Positions 33,951 through 43,884 of a DNA stretch of 61,522 bases are shown one piece after another. The stretch lies in the NCBI GenBank assembly GCA_024686195.1, contig JAIBDO010000001.1, positions 1-61,522 on the forward strand. The letters are read 5' to 3'. Numbering within the stretch: the stretch's first letter is position 1; each line of letters begins with the position of its first letter. Position numbers and translations under genes: made by a program. A model generated the notes under the pieces. It made no database searches. It was not told the DNA's origin and saw only the letters and a list, made by a program, of their open reading frames with translations. The stretch comes from Gammaproteobacteria bacterium (GTDB lineage Bacteria; Pseudomonadota; Gammaproteobacteria; GCA-001735895).

Positions 33951-36005
33951 ATGACCAGTGAAACTAACTCCGTCGATCGGCAAACGGCAACCCAATTGCG
34001 TTCCGATCGCGATGAATTGTACCAGTTGCGGCGAACCCGTGAACAGCTGGTGCAGATCATGGATTCCCTGCCGGGCCTGGTGGGCTACGTCGATCTGGAT
34101 CTTAAAATAGTCTATGCCAACCAACTGATCGAGACCTGGTATCAAATGTCGCGCACTGAACTGGTTGGCATGGAGTTGAAAACTCTTTTTACCGAAGAGC
34201 ATTACAAAACCGTCGAAGCTCTGCTGCAACGGGTCTTGTCCGGCGAGGAGATCAACGACGAACGTGATATCAGCTATCCCGATGGTGTAACCCGGCGGGT
34301 GCATTTGAACTACATTCCTGATCGCGATGAGGCAGGGATAAATGGCTACTTTTTCCTGGTGCGTGATGTGTCGGAGCGTTATGCCGCAGAGCTCGCGCTA
34401 AAGCAGGCCAATGAATTTCTCGACGGTAAAGTGCGTGCAGCTACCTTTGAGCTTGAACAACGCAACGCCGATCTGCAGCGCGAAAATGCGGCGCGGCGAC
34501 AAAGTGAAGAGCGCTATCGGATCGTTTCCGAATTGATGTCTGATCTCATTTACGTTTACCAGATCGATGCCGATGGAGCGATGAAGACGGTGTGGCAGAC
34601 CGGGCGTCTCAGCGAAGAGTTTTCGCCGCGGCATACAGATGATGGACATCACCGGTTATGGCGCCCGATTGTCCATCCGGATGACGAAACGATTCTGGAT
34701 CAGCGTATTAAACGGCTGTTGCAAAATAACAGTTCCATCGATGAGTTTCGGGTTATTGACAGGCAGGGAGTGACGCGTTGGTTGCGTGCCTTTGGCCGGC
34801 CGATCTGGGATGACGATGAGCAGAGAGTCACCCAGATCATGGTGGCCACACAGGACATCACCGAGACCAAGGTCGCCGAACAATTGCTGGAACGTAACCG
34901 GCAGATGCTCAGTGCCGCGCTCGATTCCATGTCTGAAGGGTTCATGCTCTTCGACGAAGATGGCAAGCTGCTCGAGTTCAATGAAAAATTGAAGGAGTTG
35001 TTCCCAAAGACGGCTCACAGTTTTGCCAGGGGTGTCAGTTTTGAGGAATTGCTGCGTATCAGCGCGACTTCGGGTGAAGTCAAAGCCGCGCAGCAGGACC
35101 CGCTGAAATGGGTGGCCGAACGCCTGGAAAAATACCCCAGCGACAGCGGATCGGTCGAGGTGGAACTGAGCGATGGTCGCTGGATGTTGTCGACCGATCG
35201 GCGTACGCGTTTTAACGGTGTCGTTGGCATCCGTACCGACATTACCGAGCGCAAGCGTGCCGAGGAATTACGGCGCCAGCAGGAGGCGGAGCTGGCACAG
35301 GTATTGCGGCGCGCATCGATGGGTGAAATGGCGTCGGCACTGGCGCACGAACTGAGCCAGCCGCTGGCGGTTGTGGTGAATTATGCTAATGGGCTGCTGC
35401 GCCGACTGGATGAATCTCCGGTAAACGTCGATAGCGCCAGTGAAGCGCTCGGCAATATCAGCGAGGCGGGGCAGCGTGCCAAGGACATCATCAATCATGT
35501 AGGTGATTTCGTGCGCCTGGGAACACCGGAGGTCGCTGACGAAAGTTTTCCCAGCCTGGTGAACGATGTGCACGAAATGTTGCGTGATCGGTTACAGCGT
35601 AATCATGTGGAACTAACCAGTAACCTGGACGCTCGCGACATTCGGGTTGAAGTCAATAAGATCGAGATCCGCCAGGTTTTATTTAACCTGATCAACAACA
35701 GCATCGAGGCTCTACAACAGGTGGAGTCTGCAAGACGGGAGATTGATATCGAGTGTTCTATCGCGAACGGCGAGTTTTTGCTGGTTGCGGTCAGTGACAA
35801 TGGTCCCGGGATCGAGTCGCAGGTTGCCGAATCCCTGTTCGAACCTTATGTCACAACCAAGAGCAAGGGGCTGGGTATGGGATTATCGATCAGTCGCACC
35901 ATTCTCGAAGCCCATGGCAGTCGGCTGTGGTATGACCGCGAAGCGGGAAGCGGGGCCTGTCTGCGCTTTCGCCTGCCGTTGGTGGAGGCTGGCGATGACA
36001 GCTGA
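33951..36005 (+). CDS. Cytoplasmic multi-PAS sensor histidine kinase
   Basis: 684 aa with no TM segments and repeated PAS-like segments. H-box MASALAHELSQPL, N-box LFNLINNSIEA, G-boxes DNGPGI and GLGMGLSI. Confidence 0.9.
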   Translation: MTSETNSVDRQTATQLRSDRDELYQLRRTREQLVQIMDSLPGLVGYVDLDLKIVYANQLIETWYQMSRTELVGMELKTLFTEEHYKTVEALLQRVLSGEEINDERDISYPDGVTRRVHLNYIPDRDEAGINGYFFLVRDVSERYAAELALKQANEFLDGKVRAATFELEQRNADLQRENAARRQSEERYRIVSELMSDLIYVYQIDADGAMKTVWQTGRLSEEFSPRHTDDGHHRLWRPIVHPDDETILDQRIKRLLQNNSSIDEFRVIDRQGVTRWLRAFGRPIWDDDEQRVTQIMVATQDITETKVAEQLLERNRQMLSAALDSMSEGFMLFDEDGKLLEFNEKLKELFPKTAHSFARGVSFEELLRISATSGEVKAAQQDPLKWVAERLEKYPSDSGSVEVELSDGRWMLSTDRRTRFNGVVGIRTDITERKRAEELRRQQEAELAQVLRRASMGEMASALAHELSQPLAVVVNYANGLLRRLDESPVNVDSASEALGNISEAGQRAKDIINHVGDFVRLGTPEVADESFPSLVNDVHEMLRDRLQRNHVELTSNLDARDIRVEVNKIEIRQVLFNLINNSIEALQQVESARREIDIECSIANGEFLLVAVSDNGPGIESQVAESLFEPYVTTKSKGLGMGLSISRTILEAHGSRLWYDREAGSGACLRFRLPLVEAGDDS

Positions 36006-36609
36006 TACTGCTGGAACGGTCCATATCGTCGATGACGATCAGACGGTGAGCCAGTCGATGAAATTCCTGGTCGAATCGATTGGCCTGCAGGCGCTGTGTT
36101 ATACCTCGGCTTCCGAGTTCTTTGATCGTTATCGAGACTATGGTGCGGGTTGCCTGATCCTCGATCTGCGCATGCCTGGAATCAGCGGACTGGAAGCGCT
36201 GGAGCTCATTCTTGAAAAACAGATTAATGAGCCGGTGATCGTGGTTACCGGACACGGTGATGTACCTGCTGCCGTGCGTGCCCTGAAGCTCGGTGCAATC
36301 GATTTTGTCGAAAAACCCTGCAACGATAACCTGTTGATCCAGAAAATAAATCATGCCATCGATCTAGACCAGCGAAATCGTGTCAACCGCGCGCGCCGTG
36401 AATCGATAAACCAGGCCTATCTCTCGCTCACCGTTCGTGAACGTGATGTTTTACAGTTACTGGTTAGCGGCAATTCCAACAAGGCCGTTGCGCGGGACCT
36501 GATCTTGAGCCCAAAAACGGTGGAACGGCATCGGGCCAATATTATGCGTAAACTCGATGTCGGTTCTTTTGCCGAACTGGTGCGTGACTTTTCCGAGCCA
36601 GAAAGTTAG
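35995..36609 (+). CDS. FixJ/NarL-type response regulator (REC + LuxR HTH)
   Basis: The true start is ATG 35995 (MTADTAGTVHIVDDDQTV...), overlapping the kinase stop. Receiver Asp in LILDLRMPG. LuxR HTH: ERDVLQLLVSGNSNKAVARDLILSPKTVERHRANIMRKL. The track's longer ORF (35743) reads through the kinase gene. Confidence 0.9.
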   Translation: MTADTAGTVHIVDDDQTVSQSMKFLVESIGLQALCYTSASEFFDRYRDYGAGCLILDLRMPGISGLEALELILEKQINEPVIVVTGHGDVPAAVRALKLGAIDFVEKPCNDNLLIQKINHAIDLDQRNRVNRARRESINQAYLSLTVRERDVLQLLVSGNSNKAVARDLILSPKTVERHRANIMRKLDVGSFAELVRDFSEPES

Positions 36610-36715
36610 ACGATATACGCCCGAAATTACTCAACCCTGCCTGCCGGACTGACGGGATCACTATTTAACCTGTAACAGGAGTTTTACCCTGAATCGCTAT
36701 TTCTCCATCGCTCTG

Positions 36716-37594
36716 ATGTTGTTACTACTGTTGGGTACATTGCGCGGTGGTGCCACCAGTATTTCCAAATACGTATCGATCCATGAAATTCCTCCGCTTG
36801 CCTATTCGATGTGGCAATCATTAATTGTTGCCTTGCTGATGCTACCTATTGCGTTTGCCAGGAGCCGGCAGCTACCCCCACTGGTGCGCCACCCTCGTTA
36901 CTTCATCTTTTGTGCGCTGGTCGGTATCGCAATTCCCAATGTAACCTTTTTTTATGTCGTGCAAACCGTGCCGGCAGGTGCCATGGCGGTGTTGTTGACA
37001 CTGGCACCGATTGTGACTTACACATTGGTGATCATGCTCGGCATGGAGCGCATCAGTCCGCTGCGGATGCTGGGCATTACGCTCGGCTTCGGCGGTGCAC
37101 TGATAATTGCCATGCCATCGGTATCAACGGACATCGCCATAAACTGGTGGATTGTAGTTGGTATGATCTGTCCCTTCGGCTACGCGAGTATGAGCGTTTT
37201 CATATCGCGTTATCCTCTCAAGGGCTACCATCTGTTTCTGCTGGTCGGTGGCTCGCACCTGGTTGCCTTTCTGTTTTTGTTGCCGATCACCCTGGCCAGT
37301 GGTCAGCTGATACTGTTGTGGGACGATCCCGGGCTGGTCGAGGCACTTATCGTCTGCCACGGTTTTATTGCGGCCGTGGCTTATTCGCTATTCTTTAAAA
37401 TCGTGGAGTTGGCCGGCCCGGTGTTCTATAGCTTCAGCACCTACATCATCGCGATAAACGGCATTCTCTGGGGATGGGTAATCTTCGATGAATCACATCC
37501 ATCACATTTCTGGGTCGCGGTAGCTGCGATTTTCCTCGGGCTCGCACTTATCAACTATCGGCGCGCGGCTAAACCCGTTGCCGAAAAAGTATGA
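36716..37594 (+). CDS. EamA/DMT-family transporter
   Basis: 292 aa, about 10 TM, with a duplicated EamA layout. The N-terminus may extend upstream via a non-ATG start. Confidence 0.8.
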   Translation: MLLLLLGTLRGGATSISKYVSIHEIPPLAYSMWQSLIVALLMLPIAFARSRQLPPLVRHPRYFIFCALVGIAIPNVTFFYVVQTVPAGAMAVLLTLAPIVTYTLVIMLGMERISPLRMLGITLGFGGALIIAMPSVSTDIAINWWIVVGMICPFGYASMSVFISRYPLKGYHLFLLVGGSHLVAFLFLLPITLASGQLILLWDDPGLVEALIVCHGFIAAVAYSLFFKIVELAGPVFYSFSTYIIAINGILWGWVIFDESHPSHFWVAVAAIFLGLALINYRRAAKPVAEKV

Positions 37595-37631
37595 GTGGAT
37601 TCAGGTCGGTTTTTTTTGATAAAAAAAGTCT

Positions 37632-38363
37632 CTAAAACAGGGCCGAACTGGCCAGGCTGGAGCCGCCGTCGACAAACAGTGTTTGCCCGGTTATATAACT
37701 GGCGTCATTGCTCAAAAAGAATGCCACCGATTTGGCGATATCGTTCGCATCGGCAAAGCGCCCCAGCGGGATTCTCTGCAGCTTGCGCGTTCGTTCGGAA
37801 CTGCCTTCTGGATTGTTTGAGCGAAAGAACTCTGTATCGACGGGGCCTGGTGCGATGGCGTTTGCGGTGATGGCCGATGGCGCCAGTTCCAGTGCCCAGG
37901 TGCGCGTCATGCTGATCAGTGCAGCCTTGGATCCGCCATAGGCGGTACGAGTTGGCAATCCCAATGCCAGTTCACTGGAAATGTTGACGATACTTCCACC
38001 CCGACGTTGTTTCATCGGCACTATGCAGCGTTTGACGCACTGGATAGCGGCGCCAAGGTTGATCTGGAACACGGCATCAACCGTATCGAGATCGATGTCC
38101 TCGATCAATTCCGGGCCGACAATGCCTGCATTATTCACCAGTCCACTGAATGCGTATTCAGCGCAGAGGGTGTTCAGTAAATCATCAAGTGCCTTACGGT
38201 CACCGAGATCGACGCAGTAGAAATCCCCGGGAAAGCTGTCTGGCTGTTGGCGCGCCAGCCCGACTACCTTATGTCCACGTTCCGTGAGAAGCTCTGCGCA
38301 GGCGCGTCCTATGCCTTTACTGGCACCCGTGATCAAGGTTACCGGTTGTTGAATATCAGTCAC
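37632..38363 (-). CDS. Short-chain dehydrogenase/reductase (SDR)
   Basis: TGASKGIG cofactor motif and YGGSKAA catalytic motif. I prefer GTG 38363, preceded by GGGAGA and forming a GTGA overlap with the upstream stop. The track gives ATG 38405. Confidence 0.9.
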   Translation of the reverse strand: MTDIQQPVTLITGASKGIGRACAELLTERGHKVVGLARQQPDSFPGDFYCVDLGDRKALDDLLNTLCAEYAFSGLVNNAGIVGPELIEDIDLDTVDAVFQINLGAAIQCVKRCIVPMKQRRGGSIVNISSELALGLPTRTAYGGSKAALISMTRTWALELAPSAITANAIAPGPVDTEFFRSNNPEGSSERTRKLQRIPLGRFADANDIAKSVAFFLSNDASYITGQTLFVDGGSSLASSALF

Positions 38364-40450
38364 GGTGAGTCTCCCGTTGAAGTTGGTTCGATGGCATCGA
38401 TGCACACCCGATTGGATTGAAAGCTGCTTTGTCCGGCCACATCGGCGAGTCTGTCCGATGTCGTCCAGTTAATCGTATCCGGTGCATCGGCGCCTGCCCA
38501 GTAACCGTTTATGGCTACCGCAACCCCGCAGCGTATCGCATCACTGATTCTGGCAATGCGATAGCAATGGCCCCGTGCATTGTGCAAGCGCACGCGCTGT
38601 TTGTCCTGAATGCCGCGTGTTGCGGCGTCTGTGGGGTGGAGCAGCACATGCGGTGCTTTCTCGCGATGTTGCAGGCTGGCAAGATTGGCCATGCTCGAAT
38701 TGACGAAATGGTGCGCGGCCGGCGATACCAGTCGCAACATCGAATCGCTGCTGTTTTCGCTGTCGCAGGCATCAGCGCGCCACTCGGGAACAGGCGACAG
38801 ACCGAGTTCCTGGTAGATTTTGCTGTGCAGTTCGACCTTGCCACTAGCCGTGGCATAGTGGCCGTCATTAAAGGGCACTTCGTCCTTATCGGCAAACTCG
38901 AGCCAGGCGTTTGAGCGTAGCTTGTCCAGCGAGATTGCCGACAATCTGTCATTGTCTTTGCGGGTTTCGGTCAGCACACCATCGATCACTTCGTCGGCGG
39001 TTTCAAACAGCCATGGTTCGTTAAAGCCCATAGCCCGCGACAGCAACTGCATCACTTCCCAGTTGCTCTTTGACTCGCCCAGGGGTGCAATCGCGGCATG
39101 ATTGTACCCCAGCAGCGTGTGACCATAGCCCCGGTGCAGGTCGACCTGTTCAAGCTGCGATGTAGCTGGCAGGACGATATCGGCCTGTTTTGCGGTGTCC
39201 GTGAGGAACAGGTCATGCACCACGGTAAACAGGTCTTCACGCTGCAGGCCCTGCAGCACCCGGGAAGTGTTCGGTGCCGACACCATCGGGTTCGCACAGA
39301 AAACAAACAGGGATTGAATCGGCGGACCGTCCAGTTCACCACATAGCGCTGCACCGATACGGTTCATATTGATGCTGCGACCGGGGGCAGGGCAATCCTG
39401 CCAGTGATTGATGGCTTCATCGTTCCACTGGAAATAATCTCCGGTTGAGCAACTCATACCTCCGCCTCGAATACCGTACTGACCGGTGAGGGCGGGCAGT
39501 GAAGCGATGGCGCGAACCGTCTGACCACCCTGGCAATTGCGATTCACAGCGTCCCCCAATCTGATCATGGCCGGCTTGAGTTTGCCGTACAGATGGGCAA
39601 ATTCACGTATTTGCTCGGCGTCTACACCAGTAATAGCGGCCACGCGCTCGAGATCATACCGCATTGCCTGTTGGCGAAACTCCGCAAACCCGTGTGCATG
39701 CTGTTGCAGCCAGGCATCGTCGCACAGGCCCTTATCGATGAGTTCACGAGCAACCCCAAGTGCGAGTGCCGCATCGGTGCCGGGCAGTGGCTGCAGGTGC
39801 AGGTCAGCGCCACGTGTCGAACGCGACTGCAGGGGATCGATAACTACCAGCTTGCAGCCGCGCTGTTGGGCGCGTTTCACAAACGGCATCAGGTGCGGTG
39901 CGGTGCTGACCGGATTGTGACCCCAGAATATCAGCAACTTCGAATCCAGCACGTGATGATAAGGCGGACTTTTGCGCGCACCGAGGGTCGCACGCACGGC
40001 GTGCCGGGTGGCCGCCATGCAGATTGATCGTTCCAGCTGGCTGGCACCAAGGCGGTTCCATAAACGAGCACTGGCAACCGTCATTTGCACCAGTCCCAGG
40101 GTGCCGCTGTAACTGTAAGGCAGGATCGATTCTGCACCCTGTTGCCTTATTATGGTGCGCCAGCGCGCTGCGATTTCATCGATAGCCTCATTCCAGCTCA
40201 ATGCTTGCCACTGATTTGAGCCTTTTGCACCGATTCTTTTCAGTGGTGTCTGCAGGCGTTGCGGGTGATAGACCCGTTCCAGGTAGGGTGCCACCTTTGC
40301 ACATAGCCAGCCAGCAGTCAGTGGGTGCTCAGCCTGTCCGCTGATTCCAACCGCACGGCCAGCGCGTACGCGGGTTTGCATGCCGCAGGCATCGGGGCAG
40401 TCATGCGGGCAAGTGCCATTGATGACGAACTCCGTCTCATTCTTTTTCAT
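38360..40450 (-). CDS. Molybdopterin-dependent oxidoreductase (DMSO reductase superfamily) with an N-terminal 4Fe-4S motif
   Basis: 696 aa with the N-terminal motif CPHDCPDACGM...C. Length and pattern fit the bis-MGD catalytic subunits. No signal or Tat motif, so presumably cytoplasmic. Confidence 0.9.
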   Translation of the reverse strand: MKKNETEFVINGTCPHDCPDACGMQTRVRAGRAVGISGQAEHPLTAGWLCAKVAPYLERVYHPQRLQTPLKRIGAKGSNQWQALSWNEAIDEIAARWRTIIRQQGAESILPYSYSGTLGLVQMTVASARLWNRLGASQLERSICMAATRHAVRATLGARKSPPYHHVLDSKLLIFWGHNPVSTAPHLMPFVKRAQQRGCKLVVIDPLQSRSTRGADLHLQPLPGTDAALALGVARELIDKGLCDDAWLQQHAHGFAEFRQQAMRYDLERVAAITGVDAEQIREFAHLYGKLKPAMIRLGDAVNRNCQGGQTVRAIASLPALTGQYGIRGGGMSCSTGDYFQWNDEAINHWQDCPAPGRSINMNRIGAALCGELDGPPIQSLFVFCANPMVSAPNTSRVLQGLQREDLFTVVHDLFLTDTAKQADIVLPATSQLEQVDLHRGYGHTLLGYNHAAIAPLGESKSNWEVMQLLSRAMGFNEPWLFETADEVIDGVLTETRKDNDRLSAISLDKLRSNAWLEFADKDEVPFNDGHYATASGKVELHSKIYQELGLSPVPEWRADACDSENSSDSMLRLVSPAAHHFVNSSMANLASLQHREKAPHVLLHPTDAATRGIQDKQRVRLHNARGHCYRIARISDAIRCGVAVAINGYWAGADAPDTINWTTSDRLADVAGQSSFQSNRVCIDAIEPTSTGDSP

Positions 40451-40649
40451 GGGTGGCGCATACTGCTTTGAGGGTTGATGTCAGGCACGCGGCTATTATT
40501 GCAGAGCCTCGCGAGGCAAGGTAATGAGGGAAAGTACCCATGGAGCAGGGGGAAACCCCGTGGTTGCCTGAAGGTATTGCCCAGTAGGCAAGTGCGATGG
40601 GGAAGATTATCCTTACGCCTCGATAAGTATCTGTTGTTGGAGATAGTCC

Positions 40650-42032
40650 ATGTCGAGTGACACGACATTCAAGGCATACGCTGAACTGGCCAAACAGCGC
40701 AGAGGGTTACAGCAGGGTTCGTTTCGCGGCTATGAACGTGCGCAGCGGCCGCCCGAAGACACAGAGCTGACACATGTGGGCCCCGGCACTCCCTGTGGCG
40801 AGTATTTTAGACGCTTCTGGATCCCGGTGGTGATGACCCAGGAACTGACCGACGTGCCGAAGCGAATTCGCATTCTCGGCGAAGACCTGGTGGCCTACCG
40901 CGACAAGACAGGACATTTCGGTTTGCTGCATTTGCACTGCAGTCATCGCAACGCCTCACTCGAGTTCGGCGTTATCGAAGATCGCGGTTTGCGTTGTTGT
41001 TATCACGGCTGGTTGTATGACCACGACGGTACCATCCTGGAGATGCCTGCCCAGTCGATGGAGGGCAAATCCGATCTTTGTCACGGTGCTTATCCGGTGC
41101 AGGAGTATCATGGATTACTGTTCGCCTACATGGGGCCGCACGAAGAACAGCCGGATTTTCCGCGTTACGATACCACCCAGTTACCCGACGTCGAACTGGT
41201 GCCTTACTCAATCGATTACCCCTGTAACTGGTTACAGATCTGTGAAAATACCATGGACCCATGGCATACCGTGTTTCTGCATGCACGGGTTACCGACATT
41301 CACTTCGGCGATACCTGGGGCATCGCTCCGGTGACCAAATTTCACGAAATGGACCACAAGGTTTACGCGACTTTAACCTATCGTGTCGAAAACATGATCT
41401 GGGTGCGCTCGCAGGAAACACTGTCACCTTCCTTCAGTCAGGTGGGCGCCTGGTGGGAGACCGGTCGCGAGGAAAAGTATTTCAAACGCGCCAGTATCAC
41501 CAAGTGGACCATTCCACACGATGATGACCATTGCATGATTATCTCCTGGCGCAGTTTTGGTGATGGTATCGATCCTGAAGGGCATGGTAAACGCGAAGAA
41601 TGCCACAAGAACAGTGTCGATTTTCCCGGACAGACCGGCGTCGAGCCATATGAGTATCGACAGCGTCATCCCAATGACTACGAGGCTCAGGTATCGCAGG
41701 GGCACATCAATGCGCATGCTGCCGAAAACCTGGGTTCCACCGACAGGGGCGTGGCCATGCTCCGCCATAAGTTACGCCGGGGCATACGTCTGGTACAGGA
41801 AGGGAAACCGCTACCGCGTTCCGAAAGGGTTGGCGATGAGTGGTTGACGCATTGCCAGGACACCGTATTACCGATTCCCCCACATCCCGAGGATGACGAA
41901 AAGCTACTCGAAGAAGTGACCGACGCGGTGATGAAAATCGTTTTTTCGGGGGATCAGTATGCTGGCGACGAACGCGCTAGTTACATCGAATCAGAATTGA
42001 AAAAAATAAATCAGGATCCGCGTTTCAAGTGA
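40650..42032 (+). CDS. Rieske non-heme-iron oxygenase, alpha-only type (paralog 1)
   Basis: 460 aa. Rieske CSHRNASLEFG...CCYHGWLYD. Iron site NTMDPWHTVFLH. GGAG precedes the ATG. Confidence 0.9.
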   Translation: MSSDTTFKAYAELAKQRRGLQQGSFRGYERAQRPPEDTELTHVGPGTPCGEYFRRFWIPVVMTQELTDVPKRIRILGEDLVAYRDKTGHFGLLHLHCSHRNASLEFGVIEDRGLRCCYHGWLYDHDGTILEMPAQSMEGKSDLCHGAYPVQEYHGLLFAYMGPHEEQPDFPRYDTTQLPDVELVPYSIDYPCNWLQICENTMDPWHTVFLHARVTDIHFGDTWGIAPVTKFHEMDHKVYATLTYRVENMIWVRSQETLSPSFSQVGAWWETGREEKYFKRASITKWTIPHDDDHCMIISWRSFGDGIDPEGHGKREECHKNSVDFPGQTGVEPYEYRQRHPNDYEAQVSQGHINAHAAENLGSTDRGVAMLRHKLRRGIRLVQEGKPLPRSERVGDEWLTHCQDTVLPIPPHPEDDEKLLEEVTDAVMKIVFSGDQYAGDERASYIESELKKINQDPRFK

Positions 42033-42089
42033 GACGGGTGAGAGCCGGGGTTGTATTGATATTATGTATATTGAACATCAGGTGAAGCG

Positions 42090-42944
42090 ATGAATACGCG
42101 TTGGGATCTGATATTGCTGCCAAGCTTCGTCATTATCGGCATATTGATCGTGGCTTCGCAATTCATTTTTCTGGAAGGCAGTTTTTACAAGGACCTGGGT
42201 CTCGGGCGCACGGGCACGGACTTACAACTGACCAATTACATTCGATTCTTTACCGATTCGTTCTACCTCAACACCTTGTGGATTACCGTCAAGACGTCGG
42301 GACTTGCGACGATATTTACCCTGTTGCTGGGCTTCCCTGTGGCCTACCTGATCGCGCGCATGCGTTCGCGTTGGTCGATGCTTTTGCTGGCTGGCATCGT
42401 CGTGGCGACCTTCGTTACCATTGTTATCAAGGTGTTCGGCCTGATCATCATCTTTTCCGCTGATGGTTTGATTAACAAGGTTTTGATGGGTATCGGTATT
42501 GTCGAGACACCCTATACCATCATCGGTAACCAGACTGGTGTGGTCGTCGGTCTGATGCACTTCACGCTGGGTTTCGGCGTGCTGTTACTGTACAGCGTCA
42601 TTCAAACCATTCCACGTTCCTATGAAGAAGCCGCGCAAATACATGGTGCAAGCCGCTGGCGCATGCATTACCGCGTGCTGCTGCCACTCAGTTTGCCGGG
42701 GCTTACCGTCGGTGCGCTGATGATTTTCAACATGAGCATGGGCGCCTTTACCTCGGCCGCACTGCTTGGTGGGGGTAGAGTATTTACCCTGCCGGTCCTG
42801 ATCCAGCGCACGGTAATGATGGAGGTTAAATATTCGATGGCAGGCACCCTGTCAGCGGTGCTGCTGGTAACGGTTCTATTGATCAATCTTTTCTCGATTA
42901 TCCTGATACGGCGGTTACGTTCCGCAAGGCTGGTGATCGCATGA
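42090..42944 (+). CDS. ABC transporter permease (PotB/spermidine-putrescine type)
   Basis: 284 aa with a 6-TM BPD_transp_1 pattern (EEAAQIHGASRWRMHYRVLLPL). Confidence 0.9.
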   Translation: MNTRWDLILLPSFVIIGILIVASQFIFLEGSFYKDLGLGRTGTDLQLTNYIRFFTDSFYLNTLWITVKTSGLATIFTLLLGFPVAYLIARMRSRWSMLLLAGIVVATFVTIVIKVFGLIIIFSADGLINKVLMGIGIVETPYTIIGNQTGVVVGLMHFTLGFGVLLLYSVIQTIPRSYEEAAQIHGASRWRMHYRVLLPLSLPGLTVGALMIFNMSMGAFTSAALLGGGRVFTLPVLIQRTVMMEVKYSMAGTLSAVLLVTVLLINLFSIILIRRLRSARLVIA

Positions 42945-43852
42945 CTACGCCCGTGGATAAAGCAGCAGCGCGCCATGCCAACGAGGCAGCCATCATCGCG
43001 CTTCGACCGAAGGGGCCACCGCCAAGACGAGGACTGCCATGGGGCAGATTCCTTCATTTATTCTATTGCAGCCTGTCCTATATTTTCCTGCTGTCACCGA
43101 TGATTGTAGTGATCGGCGCGTCATTGCATGGCGGCGAATACTATACCGCAATCAAGTTTCCTCCAGACGAGCCGTCGTTCCAGTGGTACTGGAAGATACC
43201 GGGCGATCAGTTGCGAGCCCTGGGTCTAAGCTTCCTGTTGGCGGGTGCGACCGCGCTCGGTGCCTGTGTACTCGGTATCCCCGCGGCGCTTGGAATTGTG
43301 CGCGGTAAAATACCCGGGAAAACGTTTATATCGACGGTTTTTCGTGCACCTTTGCAGATTCCCGCGATCGTCACCGGCATTGCTTTCCTGCAAATGTTTT
43401 ACCTGGTTGGCGATGCCACCGGTTTTTATCTGCAGGGGACATTCTGGGGCTTGTACATGGGACATGTATTTGTCGCCACGCCCTACGTCGTCGGCACTGT
43501 AACCGCGATCCTGCAACGGTTCGATATGCGTCTCGAAGAGGCAGCCTTCAGCCTTGGTGCCAACCGTTGGAGTACCTTTCGTCGCGTTACCTTGCCGGTG
43601 ATCAAGCCTGGCGTCTATGCCGGCGCATTGTATGCGTTTATGGTGTCATTTGGTGATGTGCCCATTTCAATTTTCCTGACTGCACCCGGGTATGTTACTT
43701 ACCCAATCGAGTTGTTTTACGGTCTGGAAAACGATTTCGACCCGAGTATTCTGGCGTCGGCGTCACTGGTTATATTCTTTTGCTTGATCGCCTTGCTGGC
43801 GATGCAAAAACTTGTCGGACTTGATACGTTATTGCGATCCGGCAGCCGCTAG
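42941..43852 (+). CDS. ABC transporter permease (PotC type)
   Basis: 303 aa with an ATGA overlap with the previous permease gene and the motif EEAAFSLGANRWSTFRRVTLPV. Confidence 0.9.
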   Translation: MTTPVDKAAARHANEAAIIALRPKGPPPRRGLPWGRFLHLFYCSLSYIFLLSPMIVVIGASLHGGEYYTAIKFPPDEPSFQWYWKIPGDQLRALGLSFLLAGATALGACVLGIPAALGIVRGKIPGKTFISTVFRAPLQIPAIVTGIAFLQMFYLVGDATGFYLQGTFWGLYMGHVFVATPYVVGTVTAILQRFDMRLEEAAFSLGANRWSTFRRVTLPVIKPGVYAGALYAFMVSFGDVPISIFLTAPGYVTYPIELFYGLENDFDPSILASASLVIFFCLIALLAMQKLVGLDTLLRSGSR

Positions 43853-43884
43853 TTAATTCAATAATTCATAACGAGGAGAAGACA

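Noticed and set aside
37610-37627. T8-GAT-A7 palindrome between the convergent EamA and SDR genes, as a bidirectional terminator
   Set aside because: It is a pure A:T stem with no G/C-rich hairpin in front of the T-run on either strand, which is too weak to call.
40451-40649. Possible Moco riboswitch in the leader next to the molybdoenzyme gene (GCCTCGCGAGG ... GGGAAAG resembles pieces of the motif)
   Set aside because: The resemblance is limited to two short strings. They lie on the strand facing the Rieske oxygenase gene rather than the molybdoenzyme gene, and I cannot build the multi-stem architecture. A covariance-model scan would be needed.
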